In this document: piece after piece, positions 28,801-35,970 of the stretch
Layout: every line of letters begins with the position of its first letter
Numbering within the stretch: position 1 is the stretch's first letter
Virus record (IMG/VR): IMGVR_UViG_3300027668_000008
Location: 242,715 to 306,714 of that record
Direction: 5' to 3' (one strand)
Length of the DNA stretch: 64,000 nt
Notes under the pieces: generated by a model
Seen by the model: only the letters and a program-made list of their open reading frames with translations
Told to the model about the DNA's origin: nothing
Database searches by the model: none
Made by a program: the position numbers and the translations under genes

Positions 28801-29340
28801 CAGTTTAGTGAAAATATTATTAAACAAAGAGTTTCTTGGAAGGTATGGCAAGACATACTTGGACAAGTAAGATACTACAGATTGTGCGAAGACAATACAA
28901 CTTCATTAGCAATCGATTTAGCAAAAACAGATAAAGTTATTAATGTAGTAGACGGTAGCAAACTGGCAACACCAAACTTAAATGCTAATATTCCAGGCGT
29001 TATTTGGGTAGGTGGAGAACGTATTGTTTACTGGGAAATTGATGGAAACACTTTAAAGAATATCCACAGAGGTACAATGGGTACTGCGAGAGCATATAAA
29101 CACTATATCACAGACCAAGTAATTGACGGCAGTGAACGTCAAGAGATACTGGATGCACATAATAAGGTATGGTACACATATGGTGATACTAACACGATAC
29201 AGGATCAAACGTCTAATCAGGCTAAGTTCTTGAACGAATGCCAGGGTACAGCACCACTTGTAGCAGTAACTTTTGACCAAAGTGGAAGATATGTAGCATC
29301 TGGGTACGTTGATGAAAACTTCGTTCAAATTAACGAATAA
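16804..29340 (+). CDS. Giant (4178 aa) baseplate wedge/adsorption protein, gp7-like position
   Basis: Follows gp6; N-terminal FLPKWLQTDKNKKFL; FG-GAP-like repeats (FG....D......GAP); CBM5/12-like W.....Y..G.......LY motifs; repeated GDG...F modules. Confidence 0.7.
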   Translation: MAKRKTSTFLPKWLQTDKNKKFLHSTLDQLLNSKSLERVDGYVGRRFGPSYSIQDPYLSTVGQFRNSYQLEPSIVYKNIDGEVQTLITYDDLLNGIKDNGGRNTKHSRLFEQEYYNWEGFVDYDKLINFGEYYWLPAGPGTANISASEVPTTQDFTVKSNATNYTLTPTYGVTKNPTIYLVRGGSYTFAVDQTNPLWIQTELGTTGKSAISFNRSTRDVYGVTNNGTSDGTITFSIPRSTDQEFFTKTVTNVANVDLRCTKYTYESLNGASEETVRLAGGVDGQLYIENKTIIFNAPTTSSTAWPSTYSDDDKFQVFRILVSGGVISLQGVTSIATNNKVQVQEGSLYSTMEFYRTSDGTSLTQVPAVTAPLSTFYYVDANDSSKYGEIKILDATTKIIDVTTDIIGKKNYTAPNGVVLTNGMHIQTDTTVSPVAYQNTKYIVDGVGDGIILIPQTDHVAYELKTSTTKDYIISGRGSADKNAWARNNNWYHKDVIMTTAKYNKENAVIDQNNRAKRPIIEFKRNLAMFNSGNTNAGGVDLIDTTITDALSNINNGPTFSIDGTTVTNGMKVIFTADTDVEVRNKIYTVEIVDFQEDSINEVRLVPSTTNIISNDQVVAKNGVTRKGKTYWFDGDIWTLAQQKTFVNQAPLFDVFDSNGKSYGASTTYKSSNFVGSKLFAYGLGTGSTLDTELGFALKYKNFSNIGDIVFDNNYSTDTFTHTLTTGSVSKDVSTGFAKLTNSSKTVSYIDGWTKVLNASTQYQVITYIANGTAKQFEIGVAPKIGTLPGNIVFTGSTEIKTGWEYKLKDGRHVIEFTTAPTLQTQLTLKVLSDDATEFGYYEVPTNLSNNAFNKNFTDITLGQVRNHVSEIIKTVTDFTGVYPGTSNLRDVGSVGKFAGNILHHSSGLVLPGLFLQEDHLNITSAIKYSSSEYTKFKQKFASAAETLDLDFSDIPTDVDKILASINNTKSSVFAFYTSDMVGHGTNKKNYTYTVIDNRIKSYQMGTIFNPTANTSRSVLVYINGVQAVLGKDYTFNATRPAIEMVNEPALNTIIKIVDYTSTVGNYIPTTPSKMGMYPKYEPIKFTDGTYATDQVMIQGHDGSLTKAYGNVLDDVILELEKRIYNNIKATYKPDVFDVNSVVPGKWRDTGYSRTEHQVVLSRHFLQWSIKNRIDWSTHTGYDRGNEFTWNYNKMADKITKEILPGGWRSIYKHYYDTDRPHTHPWEMLGITVKPTWWETLYGPAPYTSGNTVLWEDLRDGKIYNPTTKTYTVNATYKRADLLEMIPVSENGALLSPWKSLATGSTVYELNDKWAVGDGGSAQQAWEKSSEYPFALQISNAVMRPGKWFSLTYDTDVVKRTTITNNIVSINTNKQLQRSDFKTPLVDRDIVNGYSFYIANHLIFLGVAPSVLQDVIAKVDINLAVKLSGYTDKKFLKILAEQVSPNAVSENVMIPDEDYDLVVTKTSPIISAPYSGVIVQSTDNGFAIYGYNMNDPVFNVIPSRQSKNINIHEVLTERFIEYKDIEEEVLTVPYGTELSTPQQVFDFLVSYGRYLTSQGYDFDNNSEQLASGVEVANWTMAGKEFGYWAQQQWGTDAVITLSPGANRLTFNREDSMVDSLVNHYNGKSVMNQSFENLTIDKFKTKREDGQFELIPEATVGGIFFANLKTVQYEHTLVLNNTTIFNDVVYQPELGNRQNRLKLVGWRTGDWDGSLTAQGFILNQGKVDLWIQNTDYAKGEIIKNNDKLYTASESHTSGLLFEYEKWTPTDSFKLGLLPNWDTLGGSFETFYDTDTVNLEGDQDRFGKSLIGYQSRDYLQNLGLDDTSQVKFYQGMIKEKGTSNAINKLLRAKLDNTTSDINMYEEWAVRVGEYGGLDINKRVEMNLVGDDITGNPTVVHTVNSIEDKIEGVKNLLTTEFHKAPPAIESTWVPTNDVVGLQGEVLPYTGYAKITDADATLFNITQYANLDSNLTSMKIGYHLYVANDDNLDWNFYYLDITKDVVLTAQASDNNTILWTTKEHHSVLKDDILVIKGMGNANGVHRVLRTTGLKSFETNETKADLDATGEVSVLKFRSIRYATSTDLLGYTPANGWKLNDKVFIDKISNAGWSVFQKSNEFKNTRNLIPNNYAYVDGKMGTSIAVNETKALGVFGYPDYGTYGAFVAYIPNTEGSLAEAKVIAPPQDNRFAGFGHSIDIINEDFAVASKTSVGCPEGNIHIYNQDGATYNVIFAWSPPSITGTSDLNVKFSDDGNTLVAGAPGISKVYVFNKTTNTSVLTTTDTFTGDNSTVAFTTALAQDDSVVSVAGVVKIQHEDYTLAGTTLTFVNAPATDAEILVKSGPQWTLKATITGTASTEFGFALDVDNTGSNIIIGAPAENTTYTNEGAVYVYSKYSTTGYAQTQKFTTTLANVDGRYGESVACSKDFTKLFAGAPGCNRFERASGLVTKHGLLSTPTSSHTGPEHTTTTTGSISINGTTVNISGITVDAIATQITNANITNITASATSNRLTIKSSDKVNQLIIVNISGNAFSDVIGDQFGSVQNIVQNAKTDGQEFGKTIAINTTGTLLVVGAPKSMYNATMSFDTTGTNFDSSSTLFEDATSRGGNVYSYQELDSSYIQTQKFTNNNIDADDQFGTAIQVLDSNDIFIGMPNDDKSGSVTNTGRVVNYSSSENVFTIHEKEDALVDTTKINRVFSYDKIKNEVINYYDWIDPIKGKISGVADENIDYKTLWDPSTYASENATTWGPDQVGKVWWDLSTVKYVYAEQGDWAYRSAFWGSVFPGSSIDVYQWIESDKLPSAYDGTGRVYNTALYTTVSKIQGTVVKNRYFYWVKGVLDIAENKTKSIKDVTDILIDPQTFGLKYVAFTGKSDVALFNFASDIKNSGTILVVDYDKTKNDKIIHNEWVLLKENVADATLPQNFKRKLLDSLVGADSQGNAVPDNSLNASEKYGIQFRPRQSLFINRMAALKEFLTTVNTVMQKQTVALTRDISDLLLKDPEPKLATGDWNQKVANNTELGFVRVKEKQTGYKVLVSIDSTVQNRWAIYTLKADNTWVLDKLQGYDVSNYWTYSDWYATNFNAKTYIDYSVALKKDLVDIVPLTGQTVKIENGGNWELLYWSGTEYTTVGIKNATIQINEGIWNYQSTRYGFSTEVYDFQLFDQEPQIETRKIVETILNKILIGDLSLASNQTVFAMIYFILDEQPFVDWLFKTSFIGVNHKIRALDALPYYRKDNQTYVSDFIAEAKPYRTKIREYILNYNNTDPWTGDVTDFDVSSHYDTELGYYRKPDGNVEGDSDKLSKGFNKPWNDNHTHEIGSISVNNGGSGYNFVPTVTITGGSGSGAKATATVESGVITAINVTNQGTGYITTPNVSIATSTGTTASAYAQLRNLKARSFDTTVKFDRLAYTSNIKEWVANTAFTSGDKITYQGEAYTVNEDFTSSATFTSDSLTVILDETFANAMDRTIAFYMPTDKQPAKELENIFYGIDYPGNRVLGPGFNLNPGMDRAGFDQAPFDNFEIGAEGIPMVSGVADSHISSRFGDSLLGTRPEDIDIVGGKFVDQYNSHAPEEFIPGRVFDSLDMEIYQTPTSEFGGTDGLSPRIDVIKHTADGTKTRFSFLTSDGKHNVNLLVYTSQTGKVQPDEYALDFATFEIVFTSAPANGDIIDIISMGNSGENMILDYILIGDGVDAKYNLPISASIAQQALVLVNGVKKANQINNVNLRAELEFTGGYKPAVGDHIHIFVFNLNPSTRIAYSHIGQEIFTMDGSTRTFTLANEPLYEGPVDAKIYVELAEERLRPAVYTYATGDGTKTNFALTENADIDHASISQSDVTVFSNGAGVVSGWTLVDNAGVKEVQFSVAPLSGYKLAFGDTTNAEYTVSSTQITLASGLTITSGIKLNVTTFSSHNVLDMTSQTFKGATASAVVLASGYDSSPFDGSVAFDTPTTQIINTPTYTLYRTPTNANYLWVSKNGIRLSVGQDFEIENGQLKLIATIAETDIIVISQFSENIIKQRVSWKVWQDILGQVRYYRLCEDNTTSLAIDLAKTDKVINVVDGSKLATPNLNANIPGVIWVGGERIVYWEIDGNTLKNIHRGTMGTARAYKHYITDQVIDGSERQEILDAHNKVWYTYGDTNTIQDQTSNQAKFLNECQGTAPLVAVTFDQSGRYVASGYVDENFVQINE

Positions 29341-29343
29341 ATA
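29337..29343 (+). promoter_or_regulatory. Late promoter box ATAAATA
   Basis: GAATAAATA overlapping the upstream stop, ahead of the fibre gene. Confidence 0.55.
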
Positions 29344-29371
29344 AACATATAAGTAGGATAACAGAAACAAA

Positions 29372-31549
29372 ATGGCAATAAAACTTCGTAGCAATAAAGC
29401 ACTACCACTAACCTTTACAGAGTTGGATGGTAACTTTACGGATCTTGATTCGAGACTGACTACTGTAGAGACGACAAACGTTACTGCGGTTAATGGGTTA
29501 TCTGGTAATATAACTATAACAACTAGTAATATTGCAGAAGGTACACACTTATATTATACTGATGCACGTTTTGATACACGACTTACTGCAAAGACAACTG
29601 ACAACTTAACTGAAGGAAGTACTAACTTGTACTTCTCAAATTCATTAGTTGATACTAGACTTGCTACAAAGTCAATTGATGCATTAACAGACGTTGACAC
29701 AACTACTGTGGCACCGACATCTTCTCAAGTATTAACTTGGGACGGATCACGATGGAAGCCAGCAACTCCTCCAGGAGCAAGTGGTGGAGAAGCAAACACA
29801 GTTTCAAATATTGGAACTGGTAAAAACTTATTCAAACAGAAGGTTGGTATTGACTTAGAGTTTAATACAATACGTTCTACAGATACTATTATTGGTATTT
29901 CACAAAACACAGGTAACAACACAGTTGACGTAGTATTTTTACCAACTAGTGATGTAAGTGTTAATACACAAAAAATTACAAACGTTGTTGATCCTACTGC
30001 GGCTCAACACGCGGCTACTAAAGCCTATGTTGATTCAGCAACAGCAGGTATTGTTACTACACAAGCAATCGCCGGCGACACTGGAACTGACAATGTTACA
30101 TTAGGCACTGACACTTTAACGTTTACTGGAACAGCAAACGAAATTGAAACTGCCGTTACTGATAATGTAGTAACTTTTGGATTACCAAATAATGTTACTA
30201 TTGGATCAAACTTAACTTTAACTGGTGCGGCTAACAATGTTAACTGGACAAATGCAAGTAACAGATTATCATTTGATGATAGTGCTCAAGCAACATTTGG
30301 TAATGCACAAGATTTATTAATTCAGCACAATGGCACACATAGTTTTATTACACACAGTGGAACAGGCAGTTTAAGAGTTCAAGCAAATACATTAACATTA
30401 GAAAATGGCACAGGCAACAATTACTTAAAAACTTACAACGGCGCACAAATTGAATTGTATCATAATGCAATTAAGAAATTTGAAACAACAGCAACAGGTG
30501 TAAAAACTGTTGGTGGAATTAATGTTAATAGTGCATACACGTTACCAACAGCAGACGGTACAGCAGGACAAGTTTTAGTAACAGACGGAGCAGGTGCAAT
30601 TACTTTCGCTACTGATTCGACAACATTATCAGGCTTAGGCATATCTGCTTCTACTACAGAAGTTAATTACACAACAGGTGTAACAAGTGCAATACAAACA
30701 CAACTTACAGCATTATCAACTAGTAAACTTGCATTAGCAGGTGGTACAATGACTGGTGCTATTGCAATGGGTACTAGCAAAATTACAGGCTTAGGTGATC
30801 CAACTGCGGCACAAGATAGTGCAACTAAAAGTTATGTTGATGCACAAGTTTCAGGACTTAGCACAACTTTAACAGTTAGTGATGGTTCAACAACAGACAC
30901 AGTTACAGTTGGAACAGATACATTAGCATTTGTAGGCGGTACAAATATTAGTACTAATACAACTGATAATACAATTACTATGGCAGTTACAGGCACAGTA
31001 GCCAATAGTACAAATGCCGTAAATGCAACAAAGATAAATATACAAGCAAGTAGTACAAACGCTAATCATTATGTGACATTCGTTAATGCTACTAGTGGAA
31101 ATTTAGATGAATACGTTGATACTAACTTAATGTATAATCCAAATTCAAATATTTTAACTGGTGGTACATTTAGTGGTACTTCAACACAGGCACAATATGC
31201 TGACTTGGCAGAGGTTTATAAACCAAATGCTATATTGTTACCTGGAACTGTAGTTGTAGTTGGCGGCGATGAAGAAGTTAGAAAATATCAACCAGGCGAT
31301 GATTATATCGCAGGGGTCATTTCAACTGCTCCGGCATATTTAATGAACAAAGATGCAGATGGTCAACCAGTTGCATTAATAGGTCGTGTACCTTGTATTT
31401 GTTCAGGAACAGTTACTAAAGGCAGTCCAGTACTTGCGATTGCAGATGGCAAAGTAAGTATGAATGGATCAGGACCTGTAGTTGGTATTGCATTAGAGAG
31501 TAGTACAGACAATGGTGATTCGTTAGTAGAAATTATGTTGAAAATATAA
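29372..31549 (+). CDS. Tail fibre protein with C-terminal intramolecular-chaperone-like domain
   Basis: LRSNK..PLTFTELDGNF N-terminus; two KIT...DPTAAQ..ATK.YVD motifs; C-terminal QYADLAE...GVIST.PAYLMN...GRVP. Confidence 0.75.
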   Translation: MAIKLRSNKALPLTFTELDGNFTDLDSRLTTVETTNVTAVNGLSGNITITTSNIAEGTHLYYTDARFDTRLTAKTTDNLTEGSTNLYFSNSLVDTRLATKSIDALTDVDTTTVAPTSSQVLTWDGSRWKPATPPGASGGEANTVSNIGTGKNLFKQKVGIDLEFNTIRSTDTIIGISQNTGNNTVDVVFLPTSDVSVNTQKITNVVDPTAAQHAATKAYVDSATAGIVTTQAIAGDTGTDNVTLGTDTLTFTGTANEIETAVTDNVVTFGLPNNVTIGSNLTLTGAANNVNWTNASNRLSFDDSAQATFGNAQDLLIQHNGTHSFITHSGTGSLRVQANTLTLENGTGNNYLKTYNGAQIELYHNAIKKFETTATGVKTVGGINVNSAYTLPTADGTAGQVLVTDGAGAITFATDSTTLSGLGISASTTEVNYTTGVTSAIQTQLTALSTSKLALAGGTMTGAIAMGTSKITGLGDPTAAQDSATKSYVDAQVSGLSTTLTVSDGSTTDTVTVGTDTLAFVGGTNISTNTTDNTITMAVTGTVANSTNAVNATKINIQASSTNANHYVTFVNATSGNLDEYVDTNLMYNPNSNILTGGTFSGTSTQAQYADLAEVYKPNAILLPGTVVVVGGDEEVRKYQPGDDYIAGVISTAPAYLMNKDADGQPVALIGRVPCICSGTVTKGSPVLAIADGKVSMNGSGPVVGIALESSTDNGDSLVEIMLKI

Positions 31550-31550
31550 T

Positions 31551-32213
31551 ATGACAAAAGATATAAAAAACAAAAAAGAAAATGAGAGTAAACAAATGAA
31601 TAAACCAGATGAAAATAGTGGAGTTCAAGTACAAGGACATATTAAAATCTTTGATCCTGAATCAGGTGAAGTATTTGTAAACAAACGTAACGCCATTCAT
31701 TATGAAAATATGAGTGAAGCATTAGCAATGAGTTTAGCGAATAAAACTAACGGTTTTGTTCACGAAATGCATTTTGGTAATGGCGGTACTAGTGTAGATC
31801 CAACAGGAGTTATAACTTATTTGCCAGCAAACAATACTGGACAAAGTGCAAATTTATATAACCCAACTTATTACAAAGTTGTGGACGATACTAGTAGTTT
31901 AAACACAGATCCAGTTAGAAACAAAATTCAAGTAAGCCATACAAGTAGTTTGGTTTACACTGATATCGTTGTAAGTTGCCTACTAGATTATGGTGAACCT
32001 AGTGGACAAGCCGCTTTCGACAACGCAAGTAACTTTGAAAGCACATATGTATTCGACGAATTAGGACTTAAATCGTGGAATGGAACAGTGGGTACGGGTA
32101 ATTTATTAACCCATGTAGTATTCCACCCAGTACAGAAGTCGTTAAACAGGTTGATTCAAATTGATTATACAGTTAGAATCCAGACTTTAACCAACCTAAG
32201 CACTATTAGTTAA
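31551..32213 (+). CDS. Conserved virion structural protein (baseplate/fibre associated)
   Basis: In the late operon; GHIKIFDP, NAIHYEN, FGNGG, FDELGL, HPVQKSLNR pattern; start may be at 31596. Confidence 0.55.
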   Translation: MTKDIKNKKENESKQMNKPDENSGVQVQGHIKIFDPESGEVFVNKRNAIHYENMSEALAMSLANKTNGFVHEMHFGNGGTSVDPTGVITYLPANNTGQSANLYNPTYYKVVDDTSSLNTDPVRNKIQVSHTSSLVYTDIVVSCLLDYGEPSGQAAFDNASNFESTYVFDELGLKSWNGTVGTGNLLTHVVFHPVQKSLNRLIQIDYTVRIQTLTNLSTIS

Positions 32214-32236
32214 TATGTGGATATATTAAAAATTGA

Positions 32237-32243
32237 ATAAATA
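32237..32243 (+). promoter_or_regulatory. Late promoter box ATAAATA
   Basis: GAATAAATACA followed by GGAG RBS and ATG. Confidence 0.6.
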
Positions 32244-32266
32244 CAATAAATTGGAGCAAAGATAAA

Positions 32267-33739
32267 ATGGCCTATACAATTAATAAAACAAGCGGAACAG
32301 TACTTGCCAGCGTGGCTGACGGTACTATTGACGGCTCAACTGCTGATTTAACGCTTATTGGAAAAAATTACAGTGGCTACGGAGATGCTTTAAACGAGAA
32401 CTTCGTTAAACTGTTAGAGAACTTTTCAAACACAACTGCTCCTAGTTCACCGCTGGCAGGTCAACTTTGGTGGGATTCAACAAACAACTTATTAAAAGTC
32501 TACACAGGTAGTACTTTTAAAACTGTTTCAAGTTCTACTGCAAGTGCGTCTGCTCCGGCGTCAGGTGTAGTAGGAGATTTATGGTGGGACACTGGCAACA
32601 GTCAGTTAAAAATTTACAATGGTGCAAGTTGGACTTTAGTCGGACCTGCATTTAGTTCAGGTGCTGGACAAAGTGGACCAGTAATTGAAAGCATTAATGA
32701 CAGCGGTGGAGATGCACATATTATCGTAAAGATAATGATAGCAGATTCTATCGTAGCAATAGTAAATAAGGACACGGCATTTACGCCAAGTCCAAGTATT
32801 GCAGGATTTACAAGTATTGCGCCAGGATATAACCTGAGCACAGGTGTAGCAAATAATAAAATTAACGGAACAGCAACAGATTCAGATGCATTAGGTGGTC
32901 AAGCGGCTACTAGTTATCTACGTTCAGATGCTAATGATACCTCTTCGGGTACATTGGGTATTTTAAACGACAGTGGAATCAGTGTTGGTATTGACAGCGA
33001 TTTAACGTTGACAGTAAGTGGAAATGATGTTACAATTAAAAATATAACTTCCGATGGAGATTTAATTCTCGGTGTTAATGATGGTGGTACGCCTAAAGCG
33101 GCTGTTACTATTGATGGCGCAACAGGAGAAGTTTTATTGTTAGCAGTTCCAACAAGTGCATTAGGAGTTGCAACTAAAGGCTATGTTGACAGTGTCCTAA
33201 GTGGCTCTGGAACATTAGCAAGTGATGGTAGTACTGCATTAGCAGGCGACTTATTACCTGATGCGAATAACACAAGAGATTTAGGTTCTTCAGGAACCAA
33301 ATTTGCACAAGTACACGCAACGACCTTCCACGGAGAAAGTACATCGGCACAGTATGCGGATTTGGCGGAGCGTTTTGCTTCTGATAATTCATATGCCCCA
33401 GGTACAGTTGTCGAACTTGGAGGAGCTCAAGAGATTACACGAGTAAGTGAAGAACGCTCAAGTAAGGTGTTTGGTGTTATCTCAACAAGACCAGCGTACT
33501 TAATGAACGCAGGTGCAGGTGATGAACATACACACCCAGCAGTTGCTATTCAAGGTCGTGTGCCAGTTACTGTAATAGGTACAGTTACAAAAGGCGATAG
33601 ACTAGTAAGTGCAGGAAACGGAATCGCAAGAGCAGGTTCTTCGAGTGAAATTAGTGCGTTTAATACCATTGGTAGAGCACTTGAAAATAAATATACTGAA
33701 GACGAGGGAACTGTAATGGCCTTTGTTAAAGTAAACTAA
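32267..33739 (+). CDS. Tail fibre/baseplate fibre-like protein with C-terminal chaperone-like domain
   Basis: LIGKNYSGYG..LNENFVKLLENF; two GQ/DLWWD...LK.Y.G..W/F repeats; C-terminal QYADLAE domain paralogous to 29372. Confidence 0.7.
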   Translation: MAYTINKTSGTVLASVADGTIDGSTADLTLIGKNYSGYGDALNENFVKLLENFSNTTAPSSPLAGQLWWDSTNNLLKVYTGSTFKTVSSSTASASAPASGVVGDLWWDTGNSQLKIYNGASWTLVGPAFSSGAGQSGPVIESINDSGGDAHIIVKIMIADSIVAIVNKDTAFTPSPSIAGFTSIAPGYNLSTGVANNKINGTATDSDALGGQAATSYLRSDANDTSSGTLGILNDSGISVGIDSDLTLTVSGNDVTIKNITSDGDLILGVNDGGTPKAAVTIDGATGEVLLLAVPTSALGVATKGYVDSVLSGSGTLASDGSTALAGDLLPDANNTRDLGSSGTKFAQVHATTFHGESTSAQYADLAERFASDNSYAPGTVVELGGAQEITRVSEERSSKVFGVISTRPAYLMNAGAGDEHTHPAVAIQGRVPVTVIGTVTKGDRLVSAGNGIARAGSSSEISAFNTIGRALENKYTEDEGTVMAFVKVN

Positions 33740-33765
33740 TTAACTATAATTTAGGGGATATATAA

Positions 33766-34683
33766 ATGACATATAGTTCAGGCAATACAATTTTAGCCGC
33801 AGACTACAACTCTTTCGTAAGTACAATTAATACCGTGATCGGTAACAGTGCATCTTATAAAAGTGGTTCAGGCTACGGACAAAGTTCAATTGCAACAGTA
33901 AGTGCGTCAGCAACTATTGGTGCAAGTGAATGGGGAACATTAATGACAGCGGTAACAAACGCCGCAACACACCAGGGAACATCAATTAATATTGGTAGTA
34001 ACCCAAGTACAAGTGATACTATTGAAGCATTAGATGGTTCAACATCAGGTTCAGGAACACTTAATTTAAGTACAGCAGTTTCTAACGTTAGTTCAAATGC
34101 TAACAACGTAGATGCTTCACAACAAACTACAGTAGCAGGCGCGGCAGTTTCATCAAGATCAGGTACATGGGGTAACCCATCCGTTGAAACTATCAACGCA
34201 GAAGTTTATTCACAATTTTCTTCACAGGCGGCTTTAGATGCTTTCTTTAATACTGGTGGAGAAATTCACTTAACTTTCCAACACGCAACTGGATCAAGTG
34301 CTCAAGACGTTGACTGGAGAGCAATTTTCTCTACTAAAGTAGGAACATTGAAATTACAAAAAACTTCAATGGCTCGTACTGGTTCAGGTGGAACTTTTGC
34401 GGCATTTGGTTATACTTCATTAACTAGTTCTTACCAAAACATATTTACTGGTACTAACATTGGTGGCGGCGCATATGCGGCGAACGATATGACAGTAACA
34501 GCAAAATTAGACGAAACTAACCACAGAATATACTTTGTTATTACACTAGTTGACCAAGCAACAGCGGTTGCTCCAAGTAATGCAGATACAGTTCAGGCAG
34601 GAACAGCAGTTTCTATAGGTTATAGAAAGAGTACAGTATATTCTCCGGCTACTCCAACGAACGTACAAGTAGACTCATTTTAA
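33766..34683 (+). CDS. Ser/Thr-rich virion structural protein
   Basis: Y..G..I.A.DYN, GYGQ and FFNTGGEI motifs; last gene of the late block; highly biased codon usage. Confidence 0.55.
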   Translation: MTYSSGNTILAADYNSFVSTINTVIGNSASYKSGSGYGQSSIATVSASATIGASEWGTLMTAVTNAATHQGTSINIGSNPSTSDTIEALDGSTSGSGTLNLSTAVSNVSSNANNVDASQQTTVAGAAVSSRSGTWGNPSVETINAEVYSQFSSQAALDAFFNTGGEIHLTFQHATGSSAQDVDWRAIFSTKVGTLKLQKTSMARTGSGGTFAAFGYTSLTSSYQNIFTGTNIGGGAYAANDMTVTAKLDETNHRIYFVITLVDQATAVAPSNADTVQAGTAVSIGYRKSTVYSPATPTNVQVDSF

Positions 34684-34712
34684 TTATTAGGTAAAAAAAC
34701 TTAATAATTAGA

Positions 34713-34741
34713 TTGACATTCGATCCCCTATCATATAAAAT
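34713..34741 (+). promoter_or_regulatory. Sigma70-type promoter heading the biosynthetic cluster
   Basis: TTGACA (34713-34718), 17-nt spacer, TAAAAT (34736-34741). Confidence 0.7.
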
Positions 34742-34781
34742 AGTAGAGTAGTTAGTAAAACAATTACTCTACTATTTTTTA
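34737..34781 (+). terminator. Long hairpin plus T-run, probable terminator of the structural operon
   Basis: AAAATAGTAGAGTAGTT / AATTACTCTACTATTTT inverted repeat ending in a T tract; a second AT-rich inverted repeat at 34681-34710. Confidence 0.55.
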
Positions 34782-34793
34782 ATAGGAAACACA

Positions 34794-35156
34794 ATGAATA
34801 ATCTAGACACAATTTTCGATAAATCAAAGTATATCGCAGTTCAGCAAAACCAACTGCAACTTCTAAAAGAACTTATCAAAGAGAAGCTCACCGTTGGTCA
34901 CCATGGCGGACTGTTTTATATTAACAGTGAGCTTTTAAACTTTTTAGACTTACTAGAACGTTCAGACTATGACTCAGCAGTTGTAGACGACATGAACGGC
35001 AATCCCACTGAAATTCCAAACGTAAAAGAATTTAAAGCAACCTGCATGGAAAAGTATGCTCAAGAGCAGAACAATGCACTAGCAGAAATAAGACGACTAC
35101 GAAAAGCAAGGACAGTTCAAGAGTTAGTACAGTATGACTTCAACGAAGAAAACTAA
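34794..35156 (+). CDS. Hypothetical protein
   Basis: AGGA RBS; GGLFYIN.EL and DD.NGNP motifs; first gene after the promoter. Confidence 0.6.
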   Translation: MNNLDTIFDKSKYIAVQQNQLQLLKELIKEKLTVGHHGGLFYINSELLNFLDLLERSDYDSAVVDDMNGNPTEIPNVKEFKATCMEKYAQEQNNALAEIRRLRKARTVQELVQYDFNEEN

Positions 35157-35970
35157 TGGAATTCTTCTCTTTGCAAAAAACAATAAAGACTTTAATTATA
35201 TAAAACAAGCACAAGTCTCGGCTATGTTAGCCAAGCATTATCTAAATGTTCCTGTAGCAATAGTAACAAGTGTAGATGAATGTTCAGAAGACCTTTCGAT
35301 GTTTGATGTCGTTATTGATTGGAAAGCAAAAGTAGAAGAAATAAACCTCAGACCAATGTACGTGGACGGTAAGTTCAAGCCCGTGCAATGGCATAATCTC
35401 GATAGACTAACTGCATATGAGTTATCTCCTTTCGACGAAACAATCCTAATAGACACAGACTACTTAATACAAAATGATGTGTTAAACGCAGTATGGGGTA
35501 ATATAGAACCTATGCTAATGAATACGCATACACGGATACCTGCTAAACATCAACAACACGTTTACGAACTTGTTGTACAAGACGGTTTCCCTAAAGTACA
35601 TTGGTTTACAGTTATGTACTTTCGTAAGTGTCAAGCAACTGAAGATTGGTTTAATGTTGCAAAGTATGTTAGAGAGAACTACGACTTTTATAAAAATACA
35701 TTTAGAATTCCGTATCAATACTTTCGTAATGATATAACTGCCGCGATTGCAAGTCATTTAATTGGCGGCTTTAGAGATGACTATATTAAACCTTTGCCTA
35801 TTAGACAGATCAATAGTTTTAATATGGAAAAGATATTGCAGGTTAAAAAAGATTCAATACTAATAGAAACAGAAACAATACCAGTACTAATGAAGAATAC
35901 AAATGTACATATGCTGAATAAACAATCCATTGAAGAACACTACGATACATTTATGGAGATATATTCATGA
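35134..35970 (+). CDS. Glycosyltransferase-like protein (GT-A fold)
   Basis: SPFDETILIDTDY DxD motif; W.TVMYFRK; RND. Confidence 0.65.
   Translation: MTSTKKTNGILLFAKNNKDFNYIKQAQVSAMLAKHYLNVPVAIVTSVDECSEDLSMFDVVIDWKAKVEEINLRPMYVDGKFKPVQWHNLDRLTAYELSPFDETILIDTDYLIQNDVLNAVWGNIEPMLMNTHTRIPAKHQQHVYELVVQDGFPKVHWFTVMYFRKCQATEDWFNVAKYVRENYDFYKNTFRIPYQYFRNDITAAIASHLIGGFRDDYIKPLPIRQINSFNMEKILQVKKDSILIETETIPVLMKNTNVHMLNKQSIEEHYDTFMEIYS

Noticed and set aside
6464-33392. Many 60-120 aa antisense or alternate-frame ORFs in the track
   Set aside because: They shadow long, motif-bearing plus-strand genes, lack RBS or motifs, and are expected from codon bias.
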